NCBI GenBank assembly: GCA_949296455.1
Contig: CASFOZ010000002.1
Span: 7,574 to 71,573, forward strand
Source: an uncultured Eubacteriales bacterium
Lineage (GTDB): Bacteria > Bacillota > Clostridia > Christensenellales > CALVMC01
Length of the DNA stretch: 64,000 bases
Reading direction: 5' to 3'
Shown piece by piece: positions 10,762-20,772 of this stretch. The notes below the pieces were generated by a model. It searched no databases. It had not been told where the DNA came from and saw only the letters and a program-made list of their open reading frames with translations. Positions within the stretch are counted from its first letter, which is position 1; each line of letters opens with the position of its first letter. The position numbers were made by a program, and so were the translations under genes.

Positions 10762-10844
10762 AGTTTTAAATCCTTCGTTATATCATTATAGCTTATAAAT
10801 GTAATTAATATAAATTTTATTTGATTTAATAATTAATTGCAAAT

Positions 10845-11555
10845 TCAGTCGATATCGTCGTCAAATAGGTTTTTAAAAATTTTTTGGGGAGAATTTAACA
10901 GCTGCTTACTGATAAAATAATGTTCCGTTTCGTAGTAGGGTATTTCTTCAATGCCGCTGTCGGTAAAATACAAAAGCTTTGAACCGGGAAAAGTCATCAG
11001 CATCGGAGAATGAGTCGCAATAATGAACTGAGAACCGTGTTTTACTGCTTTATCGATAAGCACCATAAGCGAAAGTAATTTCATGGGAGATAAAGCAGCT
11101 TCCGGCTCGTCAAATATATAAAGTCCCTGACTTGTGATATTATCTTCCAAAACCGACAAGAAACTTTCTCCGTGAGAAAGTTTCAACAAATGTCTGTTTT
11201 GATTTTCCTCTAAATTATCAAAATAATTTGCGGTATTATAAAAACTTTCGGCTCTCAGAAAATAGCCCCATTTAAAAAGACCTTTTTTTGATATACGTAT
11301 TCTTTTCCAAAGTTCGGAATGAGTCTCTGCCGTTGAAAAAGAATAATTTTTCGTTCCGCCTTCCGGATTGAACTTAGAAGCAATCGCAATCGCTTCTATA
11401 ACGGAAGATTTGCCGGTTCCGTTCTCACCTGCAAAAAAAGTAACAGGAGAAGTAAAAACAATAGGAACCTTTTTTAAATGGTTAATTGCCGGAATTTCAT
11501 TTAAATACAAGTCTTTTTCTATTTTTCCTATAATCTCTACTTTTTCAATAAACAT
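10845..11555 (-). CDS. stand-alone ABC-class AAA ATPase (COG3910-like predicted ATPase)
   Basis: Walker A GENGTGKSS, signature-like LSHGES, Walker B YIFDEPEAALSP and H-loop ATHSP. It has no transmembrane or partner domain. Confidence 0.75.
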   Translation of the reverse strand: MFIEKVEIIGKIEKDLYLNEIPAINHLKKVPIVFTSPVTFFAGENGTGKSSVIEAIAIASKFNPEGGTKNYSFSTAETHSELWKRIRISKKGLFKWGYFLRAESFYNTANYFDNLEENQNRHLLKLSHGESFLSVLEDNITSQGLYIFDEPEAALSPMKLLSLMVLIDKAVKHGSQFIIATHSPMLMTFPGSKLLYFTDSGIEEIPYYETEHYFISKQLLNSPQKIFKNLFDDDID

Positions 11556-11710
11556 TTTTTCCCTAAATAATCTTAAACTAAAATTCAGATTATAATCTTA
11601 ACAAATTTAACGGTTAGAGTCAACATTTATAATTAACTGAACTATATCTTTAATTTAAATTAATCGTGTAAATTTTATGAAAAACAATATAAAATGGTAA
11701 GAGTAAAATT

Positions 11711-11758
11711 CAAAAAACAATAAAAACAAGGCTTATCCGTCTATGAATAAGCCTTGTT
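11711..11758 (-). terminator. rho-independent terminator after ppdK
   Basis: A 12-bp stem aacaaggcttat / ataagccttgtt, followed on the minus strand by a T-rich tail. Confidence 0.75.
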
Positions 11759-11785
11759 GTATTGTAATATTTAATTGACTTTTAA

Positions 11786-14407
11786 CTATCTCGGGTTTTT
11801 AATGTTAGCCTGAGCTGCTGCAAGTCTTGCGACAGGTACTCTGAACGGCGAGCAGGAAACATAAGTCAAACCGATATCGTGGCAGAATTCAACGGTAGAA
11901 GGGTCACCGCCGTGTTCGCCGCATATTCCGAGTTTAATATCGGGACGGGTTGTTCTTCCGAGGTCGATAGCCATTTTAACGAGCTTACCTACACCGTTAC
12001 GGTCGATTCTCGAGAAGGGGTCGCTTTCGAAAATCTTGTTAGTATAATAATCGTCAAGGAACTTGCCTGCGTCGTCACGGCTGAATCCGTAAGTCATCTG
12101 AGTAAGGTCGTTTGTGCCGAATGAGAAGAATTCGGCTTCTTTTGCTATTTCGTCAGCTGTGATGGCGGCACGGGGAACTTCAATCATAGTCCCGATAGAA
12201 TATTCGATTTTAGCGCCGGATTTCTTAATGATTTCATCGGCTTTTTTAACTACTATATCTTTGACGAATTTAAGTTCTTTAACATCGCCTACAAGCGGTA
12301 TCATAATTTCGGGCTTAACGAAATTGCCTTTTTTGGAAACTTCGATAGCGGCTTCGATAACGGCTTGCGTCTGCATTTCAGCAATTTCCGGGAAAGTAAC
12401 CGAAAGTCTGCAACCTCTGTGACCGAGCATCGGGTTGAACTCACTTAAACTGTCGATGAGTTTTTTAAGGTCTTCGACTTTCATTTTCTTTTCTTTTGCA
12501 AGCTGTGCGATTTCTATTTCCTTATGGGGAAGGAATTCATGGAGAGGCGGGTCAAGGAAACGGATAGTAACAGGTCTGTTACCCATAGCCTCATAAAGAC
12601 CGATAAAGTCTTTTTTCTGCATAGGAAGTAATTTTTGAAGAGCGGCTTCCCTTTCGGCTTTGGAATTTGAAAGAATCATTTCTCTCATAGCCATAATTCT
12701 GTCTTCTTCGAAAAACATATGTTCCGTACGACAAAGGCCGATACCTTCTGCGCCGAAAGCGACAGCTTGTTTAGCGTCTTTTGGAGTATCTGCGTTGGTT
12801 CTGATTTTAAGAGCACGATATTTATCAGCCCAGTTCATAATTGTTTCGAAGTTATCGGTAATTGCAGCGGGAGCGGTTTTGATAGCTTCGCCGTAAATGT
12901 AACCGGTAACGCCGTCGATTGAAATATAATCGTCAGCGGTAAAGGTTTTACCTGCTATTTTAAGAATTTTCTTATCGAGGTCGATATCGATAGCGGAGCA
13001 ACCTGCAACGCAGCAAGCGCCCATACCTCTTGCGACAACGGCGGCGTGAGAAGTCATACCGCCACGAGCTGTAAGAATACCTTCCGAAACAGCCATACCT
13101 TCGATATCTTCAGGAGAGGTTTCCATACGGACAAGGACAACCTTTTCGCCTTTACCCGTTCTTTCAACGGCTTCTTCTGCGCTGAAAGCGACTTTACCGC
13201 AAGCTGCACCGGGAGAAGCGGCAAGACCTGTTGCGATATGTTTAACTTTCTTTAAAGCGGCAGCGTCGAACTGCGGATGAAGAAGAGAATCGAGCTGACG
13301 GGGTTCAAGTTTCAAAAGAGCTTCCTTTTCGGTAATCATACCCTCTTTAACGAGGTCGATAGCAATTTTAAGACTTGCTTTTGCCGTTCTCTTACCGTTA
13401 CGGGTTTGAAGCATATAAAGTTTTCCTCTTTCAATGGTAAACTCCATATCCTGCATATCTTTATAATAATTTTCAAGTTTATTAGCGATATCTACAAATT
13501 GGTCGTAAACAGCCTTATTTGTTTTAGCAAGGTCGCCGATAGGTTGAGGAGTTCTGATACCTGCAACGACGTCTTCGCCCTGAGCGTTCATAAGGTATTC
13601 GCCGTAAAGAGCCTTTTCGCCGGTAGCGGGGTTACGTGTGAAAGCAACGCCTGTTCCGGAATCGTCGCCCATATTACCGAAGACCATTGATTGAACGTTA
13701 ACCGCAGTACCCCAACTGCTCGGAATATCGTTCATTTTTCTGTAAACGATAGCTCTGGGGTTGTTCCATGAACGGAAAACTGCTTTAACTGCGCCGATTA
13801 ACTGTTCGTTGGGGTCCTGAGGGAATTCTTCTCCCCTGTCTTTTTTATAGAAAGCCTTAAAGCTTGCGATAAGTTCTTTAAGGTCTTCTGCGGTAAGTTC
13901 GGTATCCTTAACGACTTTTTTCTTTTCTTTAAGTTCGTCAATCATTCTTTCGAAAGCCACTTTACCTACGCCCATAACGACATCGGAATACATCTGAATG
14001 AAACGACGGTAACAGTCGTATGCAAAACGCGGATTTGAAGTAAGTTTTGCAAGACCTTCAACCGATTTATCGTTTAAGCCGAGGTTTAATATGGTATCCA
14101 TCATACCCGGCATGGAAGCTCTTGCGCCTGAACGAACGGAAACAAGGAAAGGATTTTCGGCATCGCCGAATTTTTTACCGGCAATTTTTTCGGTTTCGCT
14201 GAGAGCGTCGAAAATCTGTTTAACTATTTCATCGGTAATCTGCTCACCGTCATCATAGTATTTAATACAAGCTTCGGTTGTAATTGTGAAACCTTGAGGA
14301 ACGGGCATACCCAAACTTGTCATTTTAGCAAGATTTGCGCCCTTTCCGCCGAACAAAGCTTTGTTATCGCCGTCGGCATCTTTAAAAAGATACACATACT
14401 TTTTCAT
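11786..14407 (-). CDS. ppdK: pyruvate, phosphate dikinase
   Basis: At 873 aa it has GGKGANLAEM-like GGKGANLAKM, the phosphohistidine motif GGMTSHAAVVARG and the PEP-utilizer C-terminus GICGE. Confidence 0.95.
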   Translation of the reverse strand: MKKYVYLFKDADGDNKALFGGKGANLAKMTSLGMPVPQGFTITTEACIKYYDDGEQITDEIVKQIFDALSETEKIAGKKFGDAENPFLVSVRSGARASMPGMMDTILNLGLNDKSVEGLAKLTSNPRFAYDCYRRFIQMYSDVVMGVGKVAFERMIDELKEKKKVVKDTELTAEDLKELIASFKAFYKKDRGEEFPQDPNEQLIGAVKAVFRSWNNPRAIVYRKMNDIPSSWGTAVNVQSMVFGNMGDDSGTGVAFTRNPATGEKALYGEYLMNAQGEDVVAGIRTPQPIGDLAKTNKAVYDQFVDIANKLENYYKDMQDMEFTIERGKLYMLQTRNGKRTAKASLKIAIDLVKEGMITEKEALLKLEPRQLDSLLHPQFDAAALKKVKHIATGLAASPGAACGKVAFSAEEAVERTGKGEKVVLVRMETSPEDIEGMAVSEGILTARGGMTSHAAVVARGMGACCVAGCSAIDIDLDKKILKIAGKTFTADDYISIDGVTGYIYGEAIKTAPAAITDNFETIMNWADKYRALKIRTNADTPKDAKQAVAFGAEGIGLCRTEHMFFEEDRIMAMREMILSNSKAEREAALQKLLPMQKKDFIGLYEAMGNRPVTIRFLDPPLHEFLPHKEIEIAQLAKEKKMKVEDLKKLIDSLSEFNPMLGHRGCRLSVTFPEIAEMQTQAVIEAAIEVSKKGNFVKPEIMIPLVGDVKELKFVKDIVVKKADEIIKKSGAKIEYSIGTMIEVPRAAITADEIAKEAEFFSFGTNDLTQMTYGFSRDDAGKFLDDYYTNKIFESDPFSRIDRNGVGKLVKMAIDLGRTTRPDIKLGICGEHGGDPSTVEFCHDIGLTYVSCSPFRVPVARLAAAQANIKNPR

Positions 14408-14521
14408 ATAATAAAAAAACCTCCTAATAAACTTTGAGTCTACTTCTATCTTTTTAATATTACAATATTTTTAGAATATTGACAAGTAAATGAATAAAGG
14501 TAAGTAATTTATTTATAAAAA

Positions 14522-15316
14522 TTAATGGTCAAAAATGAACTCTTTAAAATAGGTTTTAAGGGGTAAATTGGGCTTATCGGAACAAAAATAGAAATAATGT
14601 CGTAAAATGAAAAACAGTTCTTTTACGGTATTTGAATCGAGTTTTTCCAAAGTCTCTCCGAATTTTGTTTTTGAATCGTTCACACCGGCGGAAAAATCAT
14701 TATCCGACAAAGCCTGTTCGAGAACGAACAATGCCTTTTCAGATAAATACTCACCCTTACCCGCCTTATGTTCTTCGCAGCAAAGACCGTTTTCAAAGGA
14801 AAAAAATACCGGTTTTTTACCGCAAACCGAACAGCCGCCGCCTTCTATTCCGTAACCGAAACAAGAAAGCAATTTTAAAAAAGAACGGATAAAGAAGAAT
14901 TCTTCCCCGGCGCCTTCTGCTTCTTCGATATTTTTCAAGGCATTCACCGCTTCGCTAACGGCTTCGGGATAAAGTTCTTCTTCTTTCATAAAAATCTTTA
15001 AAGTTTCACATATTGCGCAAGAAAGGTAAAATTTTTTAAGGGACTGAGTCAACCTGAAAAAACTTTCTATACAGTTAAATTCAATTACACGGGAATATTT
15101 TGCGTTCAGTATTTTAAATTCACCGAAACAAAAAAGAGAAGAGGCAAGTTTCAGCCTGGCATTTTGTTTTTTACAACCTTTAACCATTGCTGAAATTTTG
15201 CCTCTCTCAAAAGTGCACAAGGTGATTATTTTATCGTTTTCTCCAAAGTCGTTTGAAGCAACAACGATACCGACTGTTTTTTCTTCCGTCTGCATAAAAA
15301 AATTCGTACTCTCCAT
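14522..15316 (-). CDS. recO: DNA repair protein RecO
   Basis: OB-fold N-terminus, zinc motif CSVCGKK...CCEEH, and a position after era-yqzL. The start could be the internal MQTEEK. Confidence 0.8.
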   Translation of the reverse strand: MESTNFFMQTEEKTVGIVVASNDFGENDKIITLCTFERGKISAMVKGCKKQNARLKLASSLFCFGEFKILNAKYSRVIEFNCIESFFRLTQSLKKFYLSCAICETLKIFMKEEELYPEAVSEAVNALKNIEEAEGAGEEFFFIRSFLKLLSCFGYGIEGGGCSVCGKKPVFFSFENGLCCEEHKAGKGEYLSEKALFVLEQALSDNDFSAGVNDSKTKFGETLEKLDSNTVKELFFILRHYFYFCSDKPNLPLKTYFKEFIFDH

Positions 15317-15370
15317 TAAACGGTTATACAGGTCTTTCAGCAGGCGTTATTCTTTAATAAACGAAGAAGT

Positions 15371-15478
15371 CTAATCTTCCGTCTTATCGTCGGAAATTGC
15401 CTTGTAAAGCCTGTATGCTCCGATGTCGCCGGTTTTTTCGAAAAGTTTCCATGCTATTTTAGTCGCATCTTTATCCAT
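15371..15478 (-). CDS. yqzL: YqzL family small protein (35 aa)
   Basis: My own translation gives MDKDATKIAWKLFEKTGDIGAYRLYKAISDDKTED. The W.LF..TG.I..Y pattern and the location between era and recO match YqzL. It is not in the ORF track. Confidence 0.6.
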   Translation of the reverse strand: MDKDATKIAWKLFEKTGDIGAYRLYKAISDDKTED

Positions 15479-15530
15479 AATTCACCTACGATAATAGCAT
15501 TTACAAACAAAACGAAAATATACCGATAAA

Positions 15531-16412
15531 TTAAATATTTTTTCCGTACCCGCTTTCTTGAAGCAATTTATTATCCTCACGCCAATTTTCTTTCGCTTTC
15601 ACATAAACTTCGAGCATAACTTTGCCACCTACGAGTTTTTCCATATCGGCTCTTGCTAAAGATGCGATATTTTTAAGACGAAGCCCGCCTTTACCGATTA
15701 TTATGGCTTTATGATTTTTCTTTTCGCAAATGATATCGGCGCTTAGTTTTGTAATGTTTTTTTCTTCTTTAAAAGAAGTTATATCTATACTAAGTCCGTA
15801 AGGAATTTCTTTATCCAAAGAAAGCATAAGTTTTTCTCTTAAAATTTCAGCACACATAAATCTGAGACTTTTATCGGTAACAAAATCTTCATCGAAAAAC
15901 CTTTCGCCTTCCGGAAGTTTATCGGTAATAACTTTAATCAAAGTATCGATATTTATATTTTTATGGGAAGAAACGGGAATAACTTCGCAATCGGCTTTAT
16001 TAAGCACATTAAGATTTTCCGCCGTTTTAGATTTATCTTTCAAATCGATTTTCGTAAGAAGAACAATGACTTCTGCTCCGCCTTTTTTAAGGTTTCCTAT
16101 AAATCTGAAATCGGCCTCATCAGCCCCCGTTTCGTCGGAAATCGTATAAAGAACGATATCTGTGCTTAAAGATGCGTCTTTTACGTTGTTCATCATATAC
16201 CTTGACAAGCCGTCTCTGACTTTAAGAATACCGGGAGTATCGATAAAAGCAATCTGAAAATTTTTGTCGGTAAGGACGCCGAGAATATTATCTCTCGTAG
16301 TCTGAGGCTTATAAGTGACAATGGAAATTTTTTCGTTTACGAGTTTGTTTAAAAGCGTACTTTTTCCCGTATTGGGTTTTCCTAAAATCGAAACATAACC
16401 TGATTTAAACAT
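15531..16412 (-). CDS. era: GTPase Era
   Basis: G1 GKPNTGKST, G3 DTPG, TKID and a KH domain (IIGKGG..LK.I). Confidence 0.95.
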   Translation of the reverse strand: MFKSGYVSILGKPNTGKSTLLNKLVNEKISIVTYKPQTTRDNILGVLTDKNFQIAFIDTPGILKVRDGLSRYMMNNVKDASLSTDIVLYTISDETGADEADFRFIGNLKKGGAEVIVLLTKIDLKDKSKTAENLNVLNKADCEVIPVSSHKNINIDTLIKVITDKLPEGERFFDEDFVTDKSLRFMCAEILREKLMLSLDKEIPYGLSIDITSFKEEKNITKLSADIICEKKNHKAIIIGKGGLRLKNIASLARADMEKLVGGKVMLEVYVKAKENWREDNKLLQESGYGKNI

Positions 16413-16896
16413 ATTTTTCCCTCGAAATATCGTCGCAGTTTAAAGGTTTTAAAATTTCTTCTTCTTTATTCCACATTGAAATCTTTTCTTCATCTCCGCA
16501 ATGGTCGTAACCGAGAAGGTGAAGAAGAGAATGAAGGGTTAACTGAGCGCACCTTTTTTGGGGTGTGATATTCATATTCTGAGCTTGTTTTAGCAGCACC
16601 GATTCGTCAATAATTATCTCCCCCAAATAAATTTTTGTCTTATAAGGATTGAAAGGACTTTTTGAATTAATTTCTTTATTTTTATAACGTTCTAAAAAAT
16701 TGTCTTCGGAAGGAAAAGACAAAACGTCGGTAACGCTGTCCTCGTTGCGAGTTCTTGCGTTTATATCTCTAATTGTACTATCGTCGACAAAGGAAAGCTC
16801 TGCGCAAATTTTTTTCAGACCGAAATGTCTGACGGTATAATTGAAAACTTTTTTTATTATTTTGCGGTATTGTTTTCCGCCGTAAACAGTAATCAT
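16405..16896 (-). CDS. ybeY: rRNA maturation RNase YbeY
   Basis: The HSLLHLLGYDH zinc motif. Confidence 0.9.
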   Translation of the reverse strand: MITVYGGKQYRKIIKKVFNYTVRHFGLKKICAELSFVDDSTIRDINARTRNEDSVTDVLSFPSEDNFLERYKNKEINSKSPFNPYKTKIYLGEIIIDESVLLKQAQNMNITPQKRCAQLTLHSLLHLLGYDHCGDEEKISMWNKEEEILKPLNCDDISREKYV

Positions 16897-18344
16897 CAGG
16901 AATTTTCTTTTTTAGGCGGATAGGTCACCCTGCTATGGTTGTATGCGGGAAGAAGATTGATAATCGTTTCCTGAACGGTATGAATTTCGCTCATGGTAAT
17001 TTCACACTCGTCGAACTGCCCTTTATCTAATTTTTCCTTAACGAGAGCCGTAACGAAATTGCGAATATCTTCGTCGTTATTGAATGTTGCCGTTCTCGAC
17101 GCAGCTTCTATCGTATCTGCAATCATAATTATTGCTGCGATTTTGCTTTTCGGCTTAGGACCGGGATATCTGAATTCCTGGGTACTGATTTCGTTTTCGG
17201 TAATATTCTGAGCCTTGCTGTAAAAATATCCTACGGGTAAATCGCCGTGATGTTCTAATGCCACATCTGCGATGATTTTAGGCAATCTGCTTTTAATAAT
17301 TAAATCGTATCCCGCTTTGGCGTGCTTTATAATCATTTTTGCGCTCATTTCGGGAACGAGTTCGTCGTGGGGGTTGAAACCTTCGGTCTGATTTTCGACG
17401 AAGTATTCGGGATTGATTAATTTTCCGACATCGTGGTAATAAGCGCAAGCTTTTGCAAGAGAGGTATTTTCCCCTATTGCGAATGCGCATGTTTCTGCAA
17501 AATTTCCGACAACAAGGCTGTGTGAAAACGTACCCGGCGCTTCTTTAGAAAGGGTTTTAAGCAGAGGCTGGTCGAAGCTGCAAAGTTCGGCAAGTCTGTA
17601 AAATGTAGGAAGTTTGAATCCGAATTCAAATATCGGCACAAAGGAAAGCGACAGAATGAGAGCCGACAGATTGCCGAGCATACAAAAGAGTCCCGAAAGG
17701 AAAATTATACCCGCATCGGAAGTAAAGCCCATAGCCGAAAACACCGCAATAACGAACATAATAACAGATACGGCGACGATATACCCTATCAATTTTATTC
17801 TCGTACAATCTTTGTCTATCAAAATAACTATGGCAATACTGCTTAAAGAACAAGTTGCAAGCGCAATAGTATTTTGCATGAGAAGATTGACTTCGTCGTA
17901 TCCGAAATAAATAACAGAAGACAGAATAAGAATAATAGTTACGGCAAAAGCGGAAATAAGACCTGTTTGCTTGTCCACGAAAATACCGATAATAATCGCA
18001 GTCATTGCAATAGGAACGAGATAAATATTAAGGGACATGAATCCGTAACATAAAAACAAAGTAAGTATCGGGATAAAGAATAGAATTGACATATTGAGAG
18101 CGCTCAATTTAATATTTTTTCTCAGCACTACTATATACCCGTAATAAACCGTGAACACCCCCGCAATCAAAAACCATAAGGAAAAGAATTTGATACTGTC
18201 GTCAAAGAGATAATAAAAACCTTGTCTTAAAATCGCTCCTATAAAAATTGCAATCGGCATAGAAAGCAAAAATATGGAAATCAGAAAGACTAAATGATAT
18301 TGAAAACGATGTTTTTTCGGTGTATACTTTTCGTATTCTTTCAT
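16896..18344 (-). CDS. 7TM-HD(IG) phosphohydrolase, PgpH-like (short form without a large extracellular domain)
   Basis: Multi-pass membrane N-terminal region followed by an HD domain (HSLVVGN, YYHDVGK, EHHG). It occupies the yqfF/pgpH position upstream of ybeY. Confidence 0.8.
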   Translation of the reverse strand: MKEYEKYTPKKHRFQYHLVFLISIFLLSMPIAIFIGAILRQGFYYLFDDSIKFFSLWFLIAGVFTVYYGYIVVLRKNIKLSALNMSILFFIPILTLFLCYGFMSLNIYLVPIAMTAIIIGIFVDKQTGLISAFAVTIILILSSVIYFGYDEVNLLMQNTIALATCSLSSIAIVILIDKDCTRIKLIGYIVAVSVIMFVIAVFSAMGFTSDAGIIFLSGLFCMLGNLSALILSLSFVPIFEFGFKLPTFYRLAELCSFDQPLLKTLSKEAPGTFSHSLVVGNFAETCAFAIGENTSLAKACAYYHDVGKLINPEYFVENQTEGFNPHDELVPEMSAKMIIKHAKAGYDLIIKSRLPKIIADVALEHHGDLPVGYFYSKAQNITENEISTQEFRYPGPKPKSKIAAIIMIADTIEAASRTATFNNDEDIRNFVTALVKEKLDKGQFDECEITMSEIHTVQETIINLLPAYNHSRVTYPPKKENS

Positions 18345-18347
18345 AAT

Positions 18348-19475
18348 TTATCGTCCGTTAATTAATTTTTCAGTTTCATAAAAAACTTCTATAACGAAAT
18401 TATCTCCTTTTTTATTGATTATTTCCCATTTTTTAATTAAAGTATCGCCTGACGATGCGATATTTAATTTTTCGTATAATCCGTTAATTATTTCGGGATA
18501 TGCTTCCTCGAAAGTTCTAACGATTTTAACCGATTGTGTTTCGTAATAGGTAGTCGTTATAATTTCGAAAGGAATGATACTTTTACTTTTAGTTACCGAA
18601 ACTACCGATTCGTAGTTTTGGAAAGGTATCTCTTTTTTCCCCGATAATGTTTTACCGAAAATAGTTATATCGGTAAAAGTTTTTTTGTTTCCCGTACGCT
18701 CCTGCGTAATAATTTCAGGATAGAAAACCGAACTTTCGGAATAATAAACTTCAGCATAGACATCGCCTTTTGCATAACAAGGGTCAAAAACCGTTTCTTC
18801 GCCCTGTCGGCTTACCGTATAGGGAGCGATAAGAACATCGCCTGCCTTTACCGTCTGACCTTGTTTAACGAGCGCCGTTCCCGACTGAACCACAACACGT
18901 GTTACTATACCGTTGCACTGAGCGACGACGGGGCTGTAATCCGTAGTATCTTCGATATCCGGTTCGTCTAATTGTTTTTGTCCGCCGACAAACAGCACGC
19001 TTCCTTTAAGCTGAGCCTGCCCGAAGGAAATTCCGTCCACCTTAGTTACGGCGTTTTCAATTTTTTCGGTATCGAGAAAAAAAGTAAACATACCCTTTTT
19101 AATCCCGAGTTCTTCCAAAATCGCACCGATTTCCTGTTGATGCAACGAAGCTTCTCCAACATATCTTATATCCAAAACGGTGTTAGACAAGAAGAAGCAC
19201 ATCGCCACGGAAATTATAAGTCCGAAAACAAGACCGGGTCTTTTCGCAAGCTTTTTAAGGTTGTTTCCGTATCCGTATTTAGCGATTATTTTATAATTGT
19301 AACATAATTCGTTTAATATTGCAAATACAGTCTTTTCGTCTTTTATATCGATACTTATATAAACCGATTTGCCTTTTCTTTTTACCTTATAAACTGTAAT
19401 GTTTTTTTGAGATAACGCAGCGCAAAAGGATTTTAACTTAGAAAATTCGATTTCTATAACGGTGTAAGATTTCAT
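18348..19475 (-). CDS. yqfD: sporulation protein YqfD
   Basis: Size, a single TM segment, and its position after yqfC. The sequence resembles stage IV sporulation protein YqfD. Confidence 0.8.
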   Translation of the reverse strand: MKSYTVIEIEFSKLKSFCAALSQKNITVYKVKRKGKSVYISIDIKDEKTVFAILNELCYNYKIIAKYGYGNNLKKLAKRPGLVFGLIISVAMCFFLSNTVLDIRYVGEASLHQQEIGAILEELGIKKGMFTFFLDTEKIENAVTKVDGISFGQAQLKGSVLFVGGQKQLDEPDIEDTTDYSPVVAQCNGIVTRVVVQSGTALVKQGQTVKAGDVLIAPYTVSRQGEETVFDPCYAKGDVYAEVYYSESSVFYPEIITQERTGNKKTFTDITIFGKTLSGKKEIPFQNYESVVSVTKSKSIIPFEIITTTYYETQSVKIVRTFEEAYPEIINGLYEKLNIASSGDTLIKKWEIINKKGDNFVIEVFYETEKLINGR

Positions 19476-19744
19476 AATCCACCGTCCAAAGCAACCGAAA
19501 GAATTTCTCCGCTAATTACAAGTTGAGCGCAACCTGCCTCTTCGATTTTAAGTTTGTTTCCTTTAACCGAAACCAGTCCTTTTTTGCTTTTTACTTTGAC
19601 TTTTATTTCCGCTTCGTCGTAATGATAAAGTCCCTTATGCCCTTCTATAATCACGATTTTATCGGAATAACAAGTTATGCTGCATTCTTCGCCTTTAAGC
19701 AAAGTATCTTTTAAATCGGTTTTGATTTCATCTAAAAACGCCAT
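19472..19744 (-). CDS. yqfC: sporulation protein YqfC (YabP/YqfC family)
   Basis: A small protein with the ..I.I.GHKGL...D...I.V.... pattern. It overlaps the yqfD start by 4 nt. The ATG at 19744 has a GAGGTG RBS. Confidence 0.75.
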   Translation of the reverse strand: MAFLDEIKTDLKDTLLKGEECSITCYSDKIVIIEGHKGLYHYDEAEIKVKVKSKKGLVSVKGNKLKIEEAGCAQLVISGEILSVALDGGL

Positions 19745-19789
19745 TATACGCACCTCGGAATAATATATGCGTATAAAGACTTATTTATA

Positions 19790-20587
19790 TTATTTATTCT
19801 TTCCTAAAATTTTAAGGGCGTTTTTAAAATAAACTTTTTCCTTTTCGGAATCTGATAAACCGAGTTTTTCGACGAATTTCACCGTATCGGAAAAATGGCT
19901 CCAAGGGGTATCCGTAGCGAACAATATCTTATCGGTACCTGTTTTATCAAGAATTCTTTTAAATAAATCCATATCGTTTCCGCCATCGTAAAGAACTGCC
20001 GTATCTAAATATACTCCGGTTTTTGCTAGATATTTTTCCACCTCGTCCCAGACTTTATAACCGCCGAAGTGAGCGGCTATAAGAAAATCGGGATTGACTT
20101 TCTTTGCGATATTCGCAAGTTTTACAGGAGCCGCAAAATCGCTGTCGGGAATATAAGGGTCGAAACCCATATGGAAATACATATAAAGACCTCTTTTTTC
20201 CGCAGCCTTGTAAATAGGATAAAAACTTTCGTCGCCCATATCGAAATGCTGATACTGAGGGTGAAATTTAATACCTGTTATTTTATTTTCCTTTAATCTG
20301 TCGAGTTCTTCTTCGTACCCTTCGAAAAAAGGATTAATCGAGCCGAAAGCGACAACTCTTTCCGAATTGTTTGCGATTGCAAAATCATTTACTCTCGTGT
20401 TGTTTTTAGGTTTTGTCGCAATGTTCAGAGCGAAGAATTTATCGATACCGTTTTTATCTGCATAAGCGATACTCGAAGCGAGATTTCCATCGGTTACAGG
20501 TTGGAATTTCGCATAGCCTTTAAGTTCGTTCAAAGTTGCGGCTGCAATTTTATCGTGAAAAAAATGCACATGAGTGTCTATAATCAT
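19790..20587 (-). CDS. amidohydrolase family protein (TIM-barrel metal hydrolase, Amidohydro_2-like)
   Basis: N-terminal IDTHVH metal motif, plus HFGG and DTPW near the C-terminus. Confidence 0.7.
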   Translation of the reverse strand: MIIDTHVHFFHDKIAAATLNELKGYAKFQPVTDGNLASSIAYADKNGIDKFFALNIATKPKNNTRVNDFAIANNSERVVAFGSINPFFEGYEEELDRLKENKITGIKFHPQYQHFDMGDESFYPIYKAAEKRGLYMYFHMGFDPYIPDSDFAAPVKLANIAKKVNPDFLIAAHFGGYKVWDEVEKYLAKTGVYLDTAVLYDGGNDMDLFKRILDKTGTDKILFATDTPWSHFSDTVKFVEKLGLSDSEKEKVYFKNALKILGKNK

Positions 20588-20772
20588 ATAATCCTCCTCT
20601 TCCCCCTGTTGAGTTAAATCTCCTATAAAAAATATTTTTTATACCGATATCGGTATTGTTTAAGAATTTTACTTTTGATTATTTCAGAAAAGTATAGTTT
20701 TGATATTAAACTGTAAAGTTTTATAAATAAATTTTAAAATTAATTTATAACTTTATAATATTGAAAATTATG

